The translations under genes were made by a program, and so were the position numbers. From a virus (taxonomy: Duplodnaviria > Caudoviricetes), in IMG/VR virus record IMGVR_UViG_3300027759_003166: a stretch of DNA of 64,000 nucleotides; one strand, written 5' to 3'. The notes below the pieces were generated by a model. That model did no database searches and was not told the origin of the DNA. It was given only the letters and a program-made list of their open reading frames with translations. Positions 52,876 through 62,769 of this stretch are shown here, piece after piece. Each line of letters opens with the position of its first letter. Position 1 is the first letter of the stretch.

Positions 52876-53109
52876 TTAATACATCTTTTTGGGTAATTGC
52901 TGGTCACGTAGCTTTTTACGCCAGCGGGCTTTGGCTGCACCTTTGGCTCTTTTTCGGACAGTTGTAGGTTTTTCGTAGAATTCTTTGGCTCGATAGTCGT
53001 CCAAAAGTCCAGAATCTTCCACCTTTTGTTTTAGTTTTCTTAATGCTACGGCTATGGGTAGATCGCCAACAATAACTTTATTTCCGAATACTCTATTTGG
53101 TTTGCTCAT
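52876..53109 (-). CDS. rpsU: Ribosomal protein bS21 (start refined to 53109)
   Basis: [15 protein letters not shown]...[12 protein letters not shown]. Confidence 0.9.
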   Translation of the reverse strand: MSKPNRVFGNKVIVGDLPIAVALRKLKQKVEDSGLLDDYRAKEFYEKPTTVRKRAKGAAKARWRKKLRDQQLPKKMY

Positions 53110-54325
53110 TTTTATTCTTATCAAAAATCATAATGGCCGACTCGCCATTCACAGTATTCTTACTTATCCGAATTAATGATAAACCGCGTTCTACAAGTTC
53201 AACAGCGTCAAATTGATAGGGCAATAATATCTTTTCAATGATATTTTTCAATCCACGAGCATTAGTTTTAAGTTCTTTAGCCTTGGCAGCAATTTCCTTT
53301 AGTGCATCTTTCTCAAATTCTAATTTAATACTGTCTAATTTAAACATATATTGATATTGTTTAACTGGACTGTTCTTTGTTTCTAATAAAATTTCTACAA
53401 GTTGTTCTTCTGTAAGTTCATCTACATTAATAATAAGTCCAAAGCGTCCAACAAATTCAGGTATCAACCCATATTTAATTAAGTCTTTAGTATTCAAATC
53501 TTTATAAACAGCATTGCTATCTTCCTTGGTGTCTACATTAGCATGAAATCCCACTGATCTGGCATCTGTACGTTGTTTAATAATTTTATCAATGCCCACA
53601 AATGCACCGCCACAAATAAACAATATACCGCGTGTATCAATCTCCTGCATTTCACCACCAGGATGTTTACGTTTACTAGTAGCAGGTATACGCATAATGC
53701 TACCTTCAATCATTTTTAACAATGCTTGCTGTACACCTTCGCCGCTAACATCTCTGGTAATACTAGTGCTTTCACCTTTCTTGGCAATTTTATCAATTTC
53801 ATCAATGTAAACAATACCACGAGAGGCTTTTTCAAGATCTCCATCTGCTTCACTGATTAAACGTGTAAGAATACTTTCTACATCATCACCAACATATCCC
53901 GCTTCAGTGATACCAGTAGCATCACAAATAGCAAAGGGAAGATCTAAGTAATCGGCGATCTTACGTGCCATCATAGTTTTGCCACATCCTGTAGGACCTA
54001 GCATAAGCACATTAGTCTTTTCAATCTCTATATCGGGACTAGGATTGTTAATACGTTTGAAGTGTTGACTAACTGCTACACTAAGAGCAATCTTAGCATC
54101 TTCTTGTCCTATTACATAGTCGTCAAGATAATCTTTAATCTTAACAGGATTTAATAGTTTGGCCTGTTCGGTTGGCGCTTTGATTTTTTCATCAACTAAA
54201 ATGTCATTGCAGAGATTAACACAGTCATTGCATATGGCTGCGTGTTCACCTACAATTAATTTTTCAACATCTTCTTTACTTTTTCCGCAAAAGTCACAGG
54301 AGTGATGATCTTTAAGTTTTGTCAT
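53093..54325 (-). CDS. clpX: ATP-dependent Clp protease ATPase subunit ClpX
   Basis: CDFCGK zinc finger, [36 protein letters not shown]. Confidence 0.97.
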   Translation of the reverse strand: MTKLKDHHSCDFCGKSKEDVEKLIVGEHAAICNDCVNLCNDILVDEKIKAPTEQAKLLNPVKIKDYLDDYVIGQEDAKIALSVAVSQHFKRINNPSPDIEIEKTNVLMLGPTGCGKTMMARKIADYLDLPFAICDATGITEAGYVGDDVESILTRLISEADGDLEKASRGIVYIDEIDKIAKKGESTSITRDVSGEGVQQALLKMIEGSIMRIPATSKRKHPGGEMQEIDTRGILFICGGAFVGIDKIIKQRTDARSVGFHANVDTKEDSNAVYKDLNTKDLIKYGLIPEFVGRFGLIINVDELTEEQLVEILLETKNSPVKQYQYMFKLDSIKLEFEKDALKEIAAKAKELKTNARGLKNIIEKILLPYQFDAVELVERGLSLIRISKNTVNGESAIMIFDKNKNEQTK

Positions 54326-54707
54326 TAAATGCTTTCTCTAAGAATGTTTCTATGTTAGTAATTCTATTTTGATTAATGTAATGGCATATTGCCGATACAT
54401 TTTCATCTGTGGTTTTGTAGTAAGTATTTTTCTTACCTAATATATAACCATTCAAAACAGAGCTAACGTTATTTAACTCATCCAAGTTAATATACTTATA
54501 TTCGGCAACAGCCATGGCATGAAAAAACCATGTTAGTTCAGTCTCCCCGGAATAGAAATATATGTTAATATTTTCTTTAATATCAGCAGTGGCTAACCAA
54601 CGACTAACAGCCTCTTGGTCTTCCTCACTTAGATGTATGAATAGAATACTATAGGATTCATTTTCAAAAACATCCGGGGGCGTGATAAGCGTAATCTTAC
54701 CTTCCAT
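54312..54707 (-). CDS. Hypothetical protein
   Basis: ITLITPPD start, coupled ORF. Confidence 0.6.
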   Translation of the reverse strand: MEGKITLITPPDVFENESYSILFIHLSEEDQEAVSRWLATADIKENINIYFYSGETELTWFFHAMAVAEYKYINLDELNNVSSVLNGYILGKKNTYYKTTDENVSAICHYINQNRITNIETFLEKAFNDKT

Positions 54708-55954
54708 TATACTCGTGCTCTGACTTCATCAGCAATATCAACTGGAACGTGATGCATACTAACTTCTTTATTTTTTACACGATTTACCCATTGATTTATA
54801 ATCAATTCACGTTTACGTTCTTCGCTAACTTCGGCATATTCGGTTTGTGTAATTGTATTAGACCAAACACTACTTTCTTTCTGTTCTTCATTTTGAACAT
54901 ATCCGTCTGTTACTGTTTCAGTTAATGATACATCGTTAGGCTCAATTACCTGTGTTATACCACATTCTGTATTAGGACAATGTAATCCAATGTTAGGAGC
55001 ATCTACTAATTCAGTACCACACTTGCTACAATTAATAGGTTCAAATTCTGTACCTTCAGTAACCTTTACAGCTGGCATAGGAACATAAGGCACTGGTTCT
55101 TCTTTAACTTCTGTCTTGGGCATTCTAAGCCCAACAATGGTGCCATTGCTATCTTTAAGTACACCCGGTTTGCCTTCGCGTTCTCTGAAATCTTGAAAAC
55201 TCATTTGGCTGGCCAACAATAGAATAACTGCTAACGGATCAAATACAACAATCAATGTAATGATAACCCAGGTAACTGCTTTCTCTAAAATAGTTTCATC
55301 AGTGCTGCCATAAAAGAAAGCGGCTATATATTTTATCGGTCCAACCTCTGCCTCCACTTTTCTAACCTCGGCGGCAATAGGCGCACGTTCATTGTTAAGT
55401 TCCGCGATAGACTTCTGCGACTGTAGTATTTCATTTTGAAGGCGAGTACGTTCTTTCTGCTGGGACTTTCGCATAGCCACAGCTTTTTCGGCACCCGTTT
55501 CTGTTGTTGAGCGGCCCAATACTTGGTCCACTCCCTCATCCATTTGTTTAAGTGCCTTGCGGTTTGCTTCAATATTCTCTTTTTCGGTTTTAATTTTTTC
55601 ATCATATATTGCAATTTTACTTGTAACATCCCCACTGACTAGATTTTGATCACTATGTGCTTTACTAAGGAATCCAAAGATACCCATACTAGTGATAATC
55701 ATTAATACTACAATAGCTGTAAAGAGATATGTTTTGATCAGTAGTGGAGCAGTCTTCCAATTTTGTTTAAGCCATACTGTGGCCACCAACTTACTAACCT
55801 CTAAGGTAGTTCCCATAATAATAATAGGAACAACGGCGGCGGCGAAAATAGCTGTAAGTCCTACCACGCTATAGTAGACTGCCACTGCTGAAATACTTAG
55901 ACCACTTAGTAGTGCGAGATATGCTATAAATTTTTCGTTAAGTGTTGGTTTCAT
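54707..55954 (-). CDS. Membrane-anchored coiled-coil protein
   Basis: Three N-terminal TM segments, coiled coil, EVGPIKYIA, IVVFDPLAV. Confidence 0.75.
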   Translation of the reverse strand: MKPTLNEKFIAYLALLSGLSISAVAVYYSVVGLTAIFAAAVVPIIIMGTTLEVSKLVATVWLKQNWKTAPLLIKTYLFTAIVVLMIITSMGIFGFLSKAHSDQNLVSGDVTSKIAIYDEKIKTEKENIEANRKALKQMDEGVDQVLGRSTTETGAEKAVAMRKSQQKERTRLQNEILQSQKSIAELNNERAPIAAEVRKVEAEVGPIKYIAAFFYGSTDETILEKAVTWVIITLIVVFDPLAVILLLASQMSFQDFREREGKPGVLKDSNGTIVGLRMPKTEVKEEPVPYVPMPAVKVTEGTEFEPINCSKCGTELVDAPNIGLHCPNTECGITQVIEPNDVSLTETVTDGYVQNEEQKESSVWSNTITQTEYAEVSEERKRELIINQWVNRVKNKEVSMHHVPVDIADEVRARV

Positions 55955-55962
55955 AAGAATAT

Positions 55963-56355
55963 TTACCGTCGCATCCTTGAAATGTCAATGGCCTCTTCGT
56001 CACTAAACACCGGAACAGCATTGCTCTTATGCATAGTAGCAATACCTTTAACCTTGGTACCAGTATATACCTTAGCTGGTGCCAATGTAGCAACACCTAG
56101 TCCACTATTAAGACTAGGGATATGTTTGGTGTTAGTACGACCCACTGGTGTCTCAAGTTTATATACGAGAGGTTCAGCCGCCATGGCACGCCGACGTTTG
56201 CGTTCCTCTTGTTCTACACCTTGACGTTTGAGAAGGTCTTTCCATCCAGCATCTAACTCACGTGCTCGTTGAGCTTCAGCAGCATTACGGAATTTAAACT
56301 TGCCCTTCTTCTTTCCAGTCGTGGTCAAGGCAGGGCCACATAGGTGCATAGACAT
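55963..56355 (-). CDS. Conserved phage hypothetical protein
   Basis: YTGTKVKGIATMHKSNAVPVF motif. Confidence 0.75.
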   Translation of the reverse strand: MSMHLCGPALTTTGKKKGKFKFRNAAEAQRARELDAGWKDLLKRQGVEQEERKRRRAMAAEPLVYKLETPVGRTNTKHIPSLNSGLGVATLAPAKVYTGTKVKGIATMHKSNAVPVFSDEEAIDISRMRR

Positions 56356-56669
56356 TATGCTACTTCTTTAGTAGTTAACGTTTGTAATGATCGTTGTTCA
56401 ACAGCACGCCAGTTTTCTTTAGTAAGACCAGTGAATCGAAGAATAGTACCATTGGTTGCAATCTTGAAACTACCAGCGACAACCCAGATCTGAAAACCAG
56501 TAGAATCAACTCCTGCAAGTTTTCGAACCACGCCGTTGACTTCACCAGACGCTGTATCACGTCCACGATTCCAATGATAGGTACTTTTATTACCTTTCCA
56601 TCTTTGAGAATCACCAGAAGATTCTGTACAAAATTGGGCCAGTGATTGCATAGTAAGTTCTGAGGACAT
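56355..56669 (-). CDS. Hypothetical protein
   Basis: 104-aa coupled ORF downstream of a promoter-like region. Confidence 0.6.
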   Translation of the reverse strand: MSSELTMQSLAQFCTESSGDSQRWKGNKSTYHWNRGRDTASGEVNGVVRKLAGVDSTGFQIWVVAGSFKIATNGTILRFTGLTKENWRAVEQRSLQTLTTKEVA

Positions 56670-56740
56670 AATAACTCCTTTGTTGATATGTTATTATTAT
56701 ACGGTAATTCCACTCAAAGAGCAAGTGTAGATTTTACCAA

Positions 56741-56763
56741 AAGAAAAGGCCCCGAAGGGCCTT
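56741..56763 (-). terminator. Intrinsic terminator after the porin gene
   Basis: AAGGCCC-UUCG-GGGCCUU followed by U tract. Confidence 0.8.
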
Positions 56764-56784
56764 GGTTACAATTCTAATTTTGGA

Positions 56785-57672
56785 TTAGAAATTGTATTCT
56801 AGACCAGCACCATAACGTGTGGTATCTGTAGCGGAGCTCTCTTTAACATAGCGAGCAAGTACTTTGGTGTTTTTGCCCAAAGCATAATTTGCACCTAAGT
56901 TATAAGACTTAAGAGGACCATTCTCACCATAGCTTGCCATAGCAACTAAAGTTGGAGTTACTGTTTGGTTTAGACCAACACTCTTACCTTGGTTTGCTAC
57001 ATTGGCTACTTTGCTATCGGAATATAATCCAAATACAGTTGTACCAGTTTTGGCAAGACTAAACTTAGCACCATAAACATCAGTTGTGCTAGTTACGCCG
57101 TTGTCAAAACGAGCCCAGGTAGCAGCAACAGGTCCAGTGGAATAAACCAAACTAGCAGTGTATGGATTTGGAGTACCAGCTATTTCACTGTTAGATAGTT
57201 CATACTTACCAACCAGTCCCTGAACAAGTGTAGCAGATACAAATACTGTATTGCTCAAACGTGCTCCTTGATAGGAGTGAATAGCTGCGGCGCTGGAACC
57301 ATACAAATCTCCACCCATGGCATCAAAGCCGTCAATGGATTTAGTTAGAGCGGTTTTGTCACGGCCAAGCCCAATTGATCCTGTCTTGTTTGATAGGCCA
57401 ACAAGTGCTGCGCGATCTCCAAGTGTGCTAGCTGCTGGAGCATCTACACCTACATTGGTTTCAACTGTAACGAATGCAGTTAAACCATTGCCAATGTTGT
57501 CAGAGGCTTTGATACCAATCCGGCTTTTGTCATTGACCATAGATGTTACAGATGCTGCTGTGCCAACAGTAGATGATTCTTCATAGACACGAGCCATTCC
57601 ATAAACGGAGACATCGGCCTGGGCGAATCCCATTAGGCCGATTGATAATGCAAATATTGCAAGTTTTTTCAT
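56785..57672 (-). CDS. Gram-negative general porin
   Basis: Signal peptide, VSVYG, SRIGIKASDNIGNGL, C-terminal GLEYNF. Confidence 0.9.
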   Translation of the reverse strand: MKKLAIFALSIGLMGFAQADVSVYGMARVYEESSTVGTAASVTSMVNDKSRIGIKASDNIGNGLTAFVTVETNVGVDAPAASTLGDRAALVGLSNKTGSIGLGRDKTALTKSIDGFDAMGGDLYGSSAAAIHSYQGARLSNTVFVSATLVQGLVGKYELSNSEIAGTPNPYTASLVYSTGPVAATWARFDNGVTSTTDVYGAKFSLAKTGTTVFGLYSDSKVANVANQGKSVGLNQTVTPTLVAMASYGENGPLKSYNLGANYALGKNTKVLARYVKESSATDTTRYGAGLEYNF

Positions 57673-57761
57673 ATTAAATTTCCTTTAGTTTTGTATAGTC
57701 TAGAAGACATACTATATTATGTATCTCTTTGAGACAAAGGTCAAGAAAAAAGGCTATCAAA

Positions 57762-58028
57762 TTAGCCTTTTTCCTCAGTTTGTACCTCACGATACCGATG
57801 TATGGCCTTTAAACGAGCCAATGCCAAACGTACAGTAATGTAGTCTGATAACTCATCTTCACCAATGTGATGACATTTATCATCACATGGTATTAGACTT
57901 GGACGACGATATGCAACATGAAAATCAATGTCATCATATCCATCATCGTCGCCGTCGTCTATTTCAGATGGATTACTTCTTTGCAGGCTCAGTAGTTTTT
58001 GCTGCGTCCTTGGTAGCAGGCGCTTCAC
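57762..58028 (-). CDS. Hypothetical protein (start uncertain)
   Basis: Overlaps 57973-58215 at its 5' end. Confidence 0.4.
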   Translation of the reverse strand: MKRLLPRTQQKLLSLQRSNPSEIDDGDDDGYDDIDFHVAYRRPSLIPCDDKCHHIGEDELSDYITVRLALARLKAIHRYREVQTEEKG

Positions 58029-58215
58029 TTTTGACAGGCGTAGCTTCTGCTTTCTTTTCTACTTTCTTCTCATCCTTCTTTGCAGGTGCTGCTGGAGTAG
58101 CAGGAGCAGTTGCGGCCACAGCTGGTGTAGCAGGTGCTGCTGGAGTCTTAGCAGGCTCAGTAGCAAAAGCAGATACGGCAACAAGGCCAGCAATTAGAGT
58201 TAAGATTGATTTCAT
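57973..58215 (-). CDS. Small secreted Ala/Pro/Lys-rich protein
   Basis: Signal peptide and low-complexity tail; AAAGGA SD. Confidence 0.8.
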   Translation of the reverse strand: MKSILTLIAGLVAVSAFATEPAKTPAAPATPAVAATAPATPAAPAKKDEKKVEKKAEATPVKSEAPATKDAAKTTEPAKK

Positions 58216-58306
58216 GATAAGTTTCCTTTTGGTTAATGTACAGAAATTATTTGCTGTACATATATATAACGCGGTAGCTCAAAGGAAAGTTTACAAGATT
58301 ATAAAA

Positions 58307-58441
58307 TTATATTTTCAATTCTTCGTAATCGTCTTTACTTACACCACAGTCTGGACAGCAGAAGTTATCATCTAAATCTTCCCATTTACCTTCAGTTTCT
58401 TCATCGTGGACATGGCCACATACTAAACAAACGTGTTCCAT
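58307..58441 (-). CDS. Rubredoxin (44 aa, absent from the ORF track)
   Basis: Manual translation MEHVCLVCGHVHDEETEGKWEDLDDNFCCPDCGVSKDDYEELKI. Confidence 0.9.
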   Translation of the reverse strand: MEHVCLVCGHVHDEETEGKWEDLDDNFCCPDCGVSKDDYEELKI

Positions 58442-58890
58442 TATAGTTTCTCCAATACTTCTTGATATGCTGCTGCGTGACGTTGCTCGACTTTTTGTAA
58501 TGCTGCAAAACGCTTTTCTGCTCTGGAAAGAATTACAGCAAATTCTTTAGCGTGTTGTTTGCTTTCGTCAATTTGCTCAGATATTGTTTCTAATATAGTT
58601 AATGTTCCTTCGATTATAGCATCCTTTTTAAACTCTGGATACATTACTGTATACTCATAAGTTTCTCCTTCGATGGCTTTTTCCAAACATTCTCTAGTAC
58701 TTGGTTTACCAATAAGTAATTCCAAATGACTCCAGGCGTGTAGCAATTCTTGATCTGCTGTATGTTCAAAGTGTTTAGCAACATCCTCAAACCCTTCTTC
58801 GCGGGCAATTTTGGCAAAATAACGATATTTGATATGTGCCTGGCTTTCTCCTGACAAAGCACTTTCAAGATTTTTTAATGTAACTGACAT
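58441..58890 (-). CDS. Rubrerythrin (ferritin-like domain only)
   Basis: NLESALSGESQAHIKYRYFA, ELLHA, GETYEYTVMYPEF, EKQHA. Confidence 0.9.
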   Translation of the reverse strand: MSVTLKNLESALSGESQAHIKYRYFAKIAREEGFEDVAKHFEHTADQELLHAWSHLELLIGKPSTRECLEKAIEGETYEYTVMYPEFKKDAIIEGTLTILETISEQIDESKQHAKEFAVILSRAEKRFAALQKVEQRHAAAYQEVLEKL

Positions 58891-58989
58891 TGTGTGTCTC
58901 CTTGTAAAATTATATTGTACTTTTATTTAATACAGAAATCAACTATAAAACAATATTTTTCAATTGTAATTTCCTATTATGATTATAGG

Positions 58990-59013
58990 ATAAAGAAACC
59001 CGCCGAAGCGGGT
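58990..59013 (-). terminator. Terminator after the tmRNA gene
   Basis: ACCCGC-UUCG-GCGGGU followed by UUCUUU. Confidence 0.85.
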
Positions 59014-59014
59014 C

Positions 59015-59270
59015 CTTGGTTGTTTTGGTAATAAGGTATTTCCTACCTCACCTTAGCCTCAAGCGGCTATGGAATATAAACTATCGTTTGCCTTTAGTTT
59101 GATTTGCTTGATTTACGGTCATCGCCTACCGAGTTGCCGTCGCTGACTATTTGCCCAATCGATTACCAGAGCACCCCCACCTAAATATAAATTATACACT
59201 TAGGTGGAGGTGGCCGGATTCGAACCGGCGTCTTGAACACATCATCTTTGAAGGGATTACAACTATTCTT
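59015..59270 (-). ncRNA. ssrA: Circularly permuted (two-piece) tmRNA; tag peptide (A)ANDSLYSIAA
   Basis: T arm and CACCUCC-ACC first (to 59203), then an intervening hairpin, then GGGGGUG (59178); G3-U70; tag frame 59091-59059. The 5' boundary is approximate. Confidence 0.9.
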
Positions 59271-59274
59271 TTAT

Positions 59275-59589
59275 TTAACGCTGAAAGCAATTACGCTCAC
59301 GATAAATTTGTCCATCTGGAGTCTGGATCTCTTTCCAATCAGTACAAACAGTTGTGGGTTGTTGAACAATCACAGGACGTTGAACAACTACCGGTTGTTG
59401 TTGCACTACGGTTTGAGGTTGATTAGCATTGGCAATAACGGCTCCTGCAATTCCACCGAGTATCAACGGACCTACCCAATCATTGTTGCGTTCAACAATG
59501 ACAGTACGTTCTGGATAACGATGATGCCATTGGGCGTTTGCTGCCGTGGCTGCTACCAACATAGTAATTACCAATACAAGTTTTTTCAT
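59275..59589 (-). CDS. Secreted glycine-zipper-like protein
   Basis: Signal peptide; WVGPLILGGIAGAVIA. Confidence 0.75.
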   Translation of the reverse strand: MKKLVLVITMLVAATAANAQWHHRYPERTVIVERNNDWVGPLILGGIAGAVIANANQPQTVVQQQPVVVQRPVIVQQPTTVCTDWKEIQTPDGQIYRERNCFQR

Positions 59590-59644
59590 TTCTATCTCCT
59601 GTTAGTTAAATAACGCCTTAGAACACTGTTGTGTTGACATAATT

Positions 59645-60286
59645 TTACTTGTTTGCTAGAGGATTGTCAATAGCTTTCTGTATCTTTTGGTCAAGTTCCT
59701 TCTTCAATGTTTCCACATCTTTGGTAACTTCTTTCTTTAATGCCTGTGTTTCACTACTAATTTCTCTACGTGCTTGAGCCATTTCAGTTCGGACAGCATT
59801 AGCTTCTGCACGGGCTTTGTCCAAATCTTCTCTAACACCTTTACGCATTTCACGCATTTCCCCTTCGGAATCACGTTGGGCTGCTTTAACAAAACGTTCA
59901 ACTTGCTCGGTTACACTTTCGTTTCTGCGTAGATCACTCTTTAAGTCATTTTTAATATCACGTGTATATCCATTTGCTTCTGTAACTGAATCTTCTGCTT
60001 TCTTAATCTTTTGATCAAGTATGGATATACGTTTATCAAACTCAGTTAGGTCTGGTGCTGAATATTCAGATATCTTTTTCTTCATACCCACATAGTCTTT
60101 ATAGACTTCAAAGGCTCCGTAAAGCCCCCCCAGTATAGATGATACAATAGTAAATGCCACCATTAGTTTTGCTGGTGTAAATTCATAACCACCAATACTA
60201 ATAACAGTATCTTTACTAGCATACTTTTTTGCTGCTGCTTCAAGTTCGTCAACTTTGGCATCTACACTTTTAATTTCTTCTGTCAT
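59645..60286 (-). CDS. Membrane-anchored coiled-coil protein
   Basis: One TM segment followed by heptad repeats. Confidence 0.7.
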   Translation of the reverse strand: MTEEIKSVDAKVDELEAAAKKYASKDTVISIGGYEFTPAKLMVAFTIVSSILGGLYGAFEVYKDYVGMKKKISEYSAPDLTEFDKRISILDQKIKKAEDSVTEANGYTRDIKNDLKSDLRRNESVTEQVERFVKAAQRDSEGEMREMRKGVREDLDKARAEANAVRTEMAQARREISSETQALKKEVTKDVETLKKELDQKIQKAIDNPLANK

Positions 60287-60297
60287 TTTTATTCTCC

Positions 60298-62769
60298 TTA
60301 TTTGTATTGCATATCAATCATTTGTTTATGCAAACTATCACTACTCATTTGTCTTAATGCTCTTGCATTATCAACCACTGTTTGTCCCTTATAAACTTCC
60401 TTGGGTTCATAAAAGGCTGCATCCCTTAATGCAACACTATATACTTCAAACCCTTTTGGTTGTAGGGCCATTGATGCAATATCAACGCTGCCTGCTAGAT
60501 CATTCGGTTGTACATTTCTATTAACTGTGCTGGTTTGTTGTTGTATATTTTCTTGCATCATTTCAAAACGTTGTTGCATTAAATCTGATAGTGGACTACC
60601 TGCACGAGCATTTCCAAAACTGGCTATTTGTATTGCAGGTACTTCTACTTCATTTACTTTTGTTTCATTACGTAGTTGATATGTAGAAGCAGATTGTGCA
60701 GTTGGTTGTGTATTGGCAGAACTTGCTACATTGAATAAGTTAAGTCCAATTGGGTTATTTTTTCCAATAACTAATCCAGTACCACTATTAGTTTGGGTAA
60801 CACTTTCTGGTATTGGCGGTGCAGGCGGTTTTAACATACTTGAACTGCCTGCAGATGTATCTTGTTGTTGAACATTGATATTAGATGACATCATTGATAA
60901 TGTAATTACTCCAGAGGCTGCTTGTTGTACTTGTTGAGTTTCCTGTACTTGTTGTGTGGCACGATAAGAATTATTTGATTGTCCTTGTTGACCAGACGAC
61001 TGATTAACCTGTTGCGTTTGTTGCATTGTTGTCTGTGATGTTCCTATAGATGCTTGAGTTGATTGGCTAGAAAACTGTGCTGCGGCCGCTGCACTATTAG
61101 CACTCATATCATTTAATGATGCAATGGCTGCGGCTGCCGTAGCCTGTGATTGCTGTGTAGATCCTTCTACTATTCTAGCAGCATTTTGTACCGCCATCTG
61201 TTGTGTGGCCTTATCTCTCTCCTGCGCAGCCCTTGCTACATTTAATGCAGCACCTGGCGTCATTCTAGGACCATCTGCTCTACTTGGACCTGCTTGTTGT
61301 GACCCAGAACTTGTAGGTGGTGCAGACTGTGCTGTCTGTGGAGGACCGCCTGCAGGTTGTGGAGTTGTAGGTGCTGGTCCTGCTTGTTGTGGACTAGGCT
61401 GTGCTGGATTATCTTGTGCTACCACTGGATTCTGATTTGGATCTTGTCCAGTACTTGCCGACTGTTGTTGCGGTGATTGCTGGGCGGGTTGCTGTTGTGC
61501 TTGTTGTTGTGCAGGATCAGGACTTGCTAATGCTGGGGCGCTGGCACTTGCTACAGTTGAACCTAAGATCATATTTTTAGCATAGGCAACGGCATAACCA
61601 GGGCAAGTGGTACTTGACAAAGGATTAGTCACACACGGGTCTGGTTTATAAAGAGCATTAACATACATATTTTGAATTGCCGCATTACCCGATGTACTAG
61701 CACCTAGTGTAAAATTACCTAATGATAATGAATTTGTTGTACTGGCAAGTAAGAACTGATATGAAACATTTTCAGCAGTATTAGGAGTACTTCTACTTTG
61801 TGTGGCAGTATAAATTACATCATTGCTACTGTTGGTTAATCGTACTCTCATAGTAGCATTCGGATTGTTAGTTAAGTAGGCGCCGCAGGTAAAAGCATTA
61901 TCCCAACTTACACATTCGTTGGTCCTTGTACCATTGCCTAAACTATAATTATAACCATAGTTGAAACCGTATACTTCAACACCTGCTCCAGAACTTTTAA
62001 GTGCTGTATTGATAGCAAATGAATTGTAAACTATATCACCGTTGGACATTAAATTTGAATTTACTAAATTACCACTAGTGACTACGCTACTAAATCCTGA
62101 GCAATTAGGACTGTATGCAGGATTAAGACTACAAGGATCAACTCGATATTTCAAACTAAAACTAACGTTGGTAATTTCTGGACCATAATTACCAGCCCAA
62201 AAGTTATTGTCCTTACCAACAAAGCCAACTCGTGCATTGCTATAGTTTGTAGCCGCTATAGGATTGGCAAATGTTTCACTAAAGTTGAAATCAGTCCAGT
62301 TGTATTTGGCGTTAGTATGACTTAGGTAATCATATGCGGCAACCTGGGTACCGGCGGTATTATAAAACTTAACATAAGCATCTAAATAATCTTGCCTACC
62401 GTCATCCCAGCCGTTGCCGTTTTTAGCACGAAATCCAAAATTAAAACCACTTAGTTGTACTCCACTACCACCTGCGGCCAATGCTCGATTTATATTAACA
62501 ACTTGATTTAAGTCTATTTGACCATAACTGAAATTGATACTGCCGTCGGGTCTAACACTGGGATTAGGGCCGCAATTGCCAGGTTGGCCAGCCTGGAAAC
62601 ATATTTGACTAACGTACACACCATTGTTCCAAATGCTGGTTGTATCTGTAGGTGTAGTACCGGTATTGATTAAATTACCGGTAGTAGGATCAACAGTTTG
62701 GGCTTTAGAATGACTTATAAACGATAGCGCCAAGCAAAGCACCAAGGCCCATTTTAGTATACGTGTCAT
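60298..62769 (-). CDS. Large secreted protein: two beta-rich domains with CxxxPxxSxxC linkers, then a Gln/Ser/Ala-rich region
   Basis: Signal peptide; DPCSLNPAYSPNC and DPCVTNPLSSTTC repeats. Confidence 0.75.
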   Translation of the reverse strand: MTRILKWALVLCLALSFISHSKAQTVDPTTGNLINTGTTPTDTTSIWNNGVYVSQICFQAGQPGNCGPNPSVRPDGSINFSYGQIDLNQVVNINRALAAGGSGVQLSGFNFGFRAKNGNGWDDGRQDYLDAYVKFYNTAGTQVAAYDYLSHTNAKYNWTDFNFSETFANPIAATNYSNARVGFVGKDNNFWAGNYGPEITNVSFSLKYRVDPCSLNPAYSPNCSGFSSVVTSGNLVNSNLMSNGDIVYNSFAINTALKSSGAGVEVYGFNYGYNYSLGNGTRTNECVSWDNAFTCGAYLTNNPNATMRVRLTNSSNDVIYTATQSRSTPNTAENVSYQFLLASTTNSLSLGNFTLGASTSGNAAIQNMYVNALYKPDPCVTNPLSSTTCPGYAVAYAKNMILGSTVASASAPALASPDPAQQQAQQQPAQQSPQQQSASTGQDPNQNPVVAQDNPAQPSPQQAGPAPTTPQPAGGPPQTAQSAPPTSSGSQQAGPSRADGPRMTPGAALNVARAAQERDKATQQMAVQNAARIVEGSTQQSQATAAAAIASLNDMSANSAAAAAQFSSQSTQASIGTSQTTMQQTQQVNQSSGQQGQSNNSYRATQQVQETQQVQQAASGVITLSMMSSNINVQQQDTSAGSSSMLKPPAPPIPESVTQTNSGTGLVIGKNNPIGLNLFNVASSANTQPTAQSASTYQLRNETKVNEVEVPAIQIASFGNARAGSPLSDLMQQRFEMMQENIQQQTSTVNRNVQPNDLAGSVDIASMALQPKGFEVYSVALRDAAFYEPKEVYKGQTVVDNARALRQMSSDSLHKQMIDMQYK

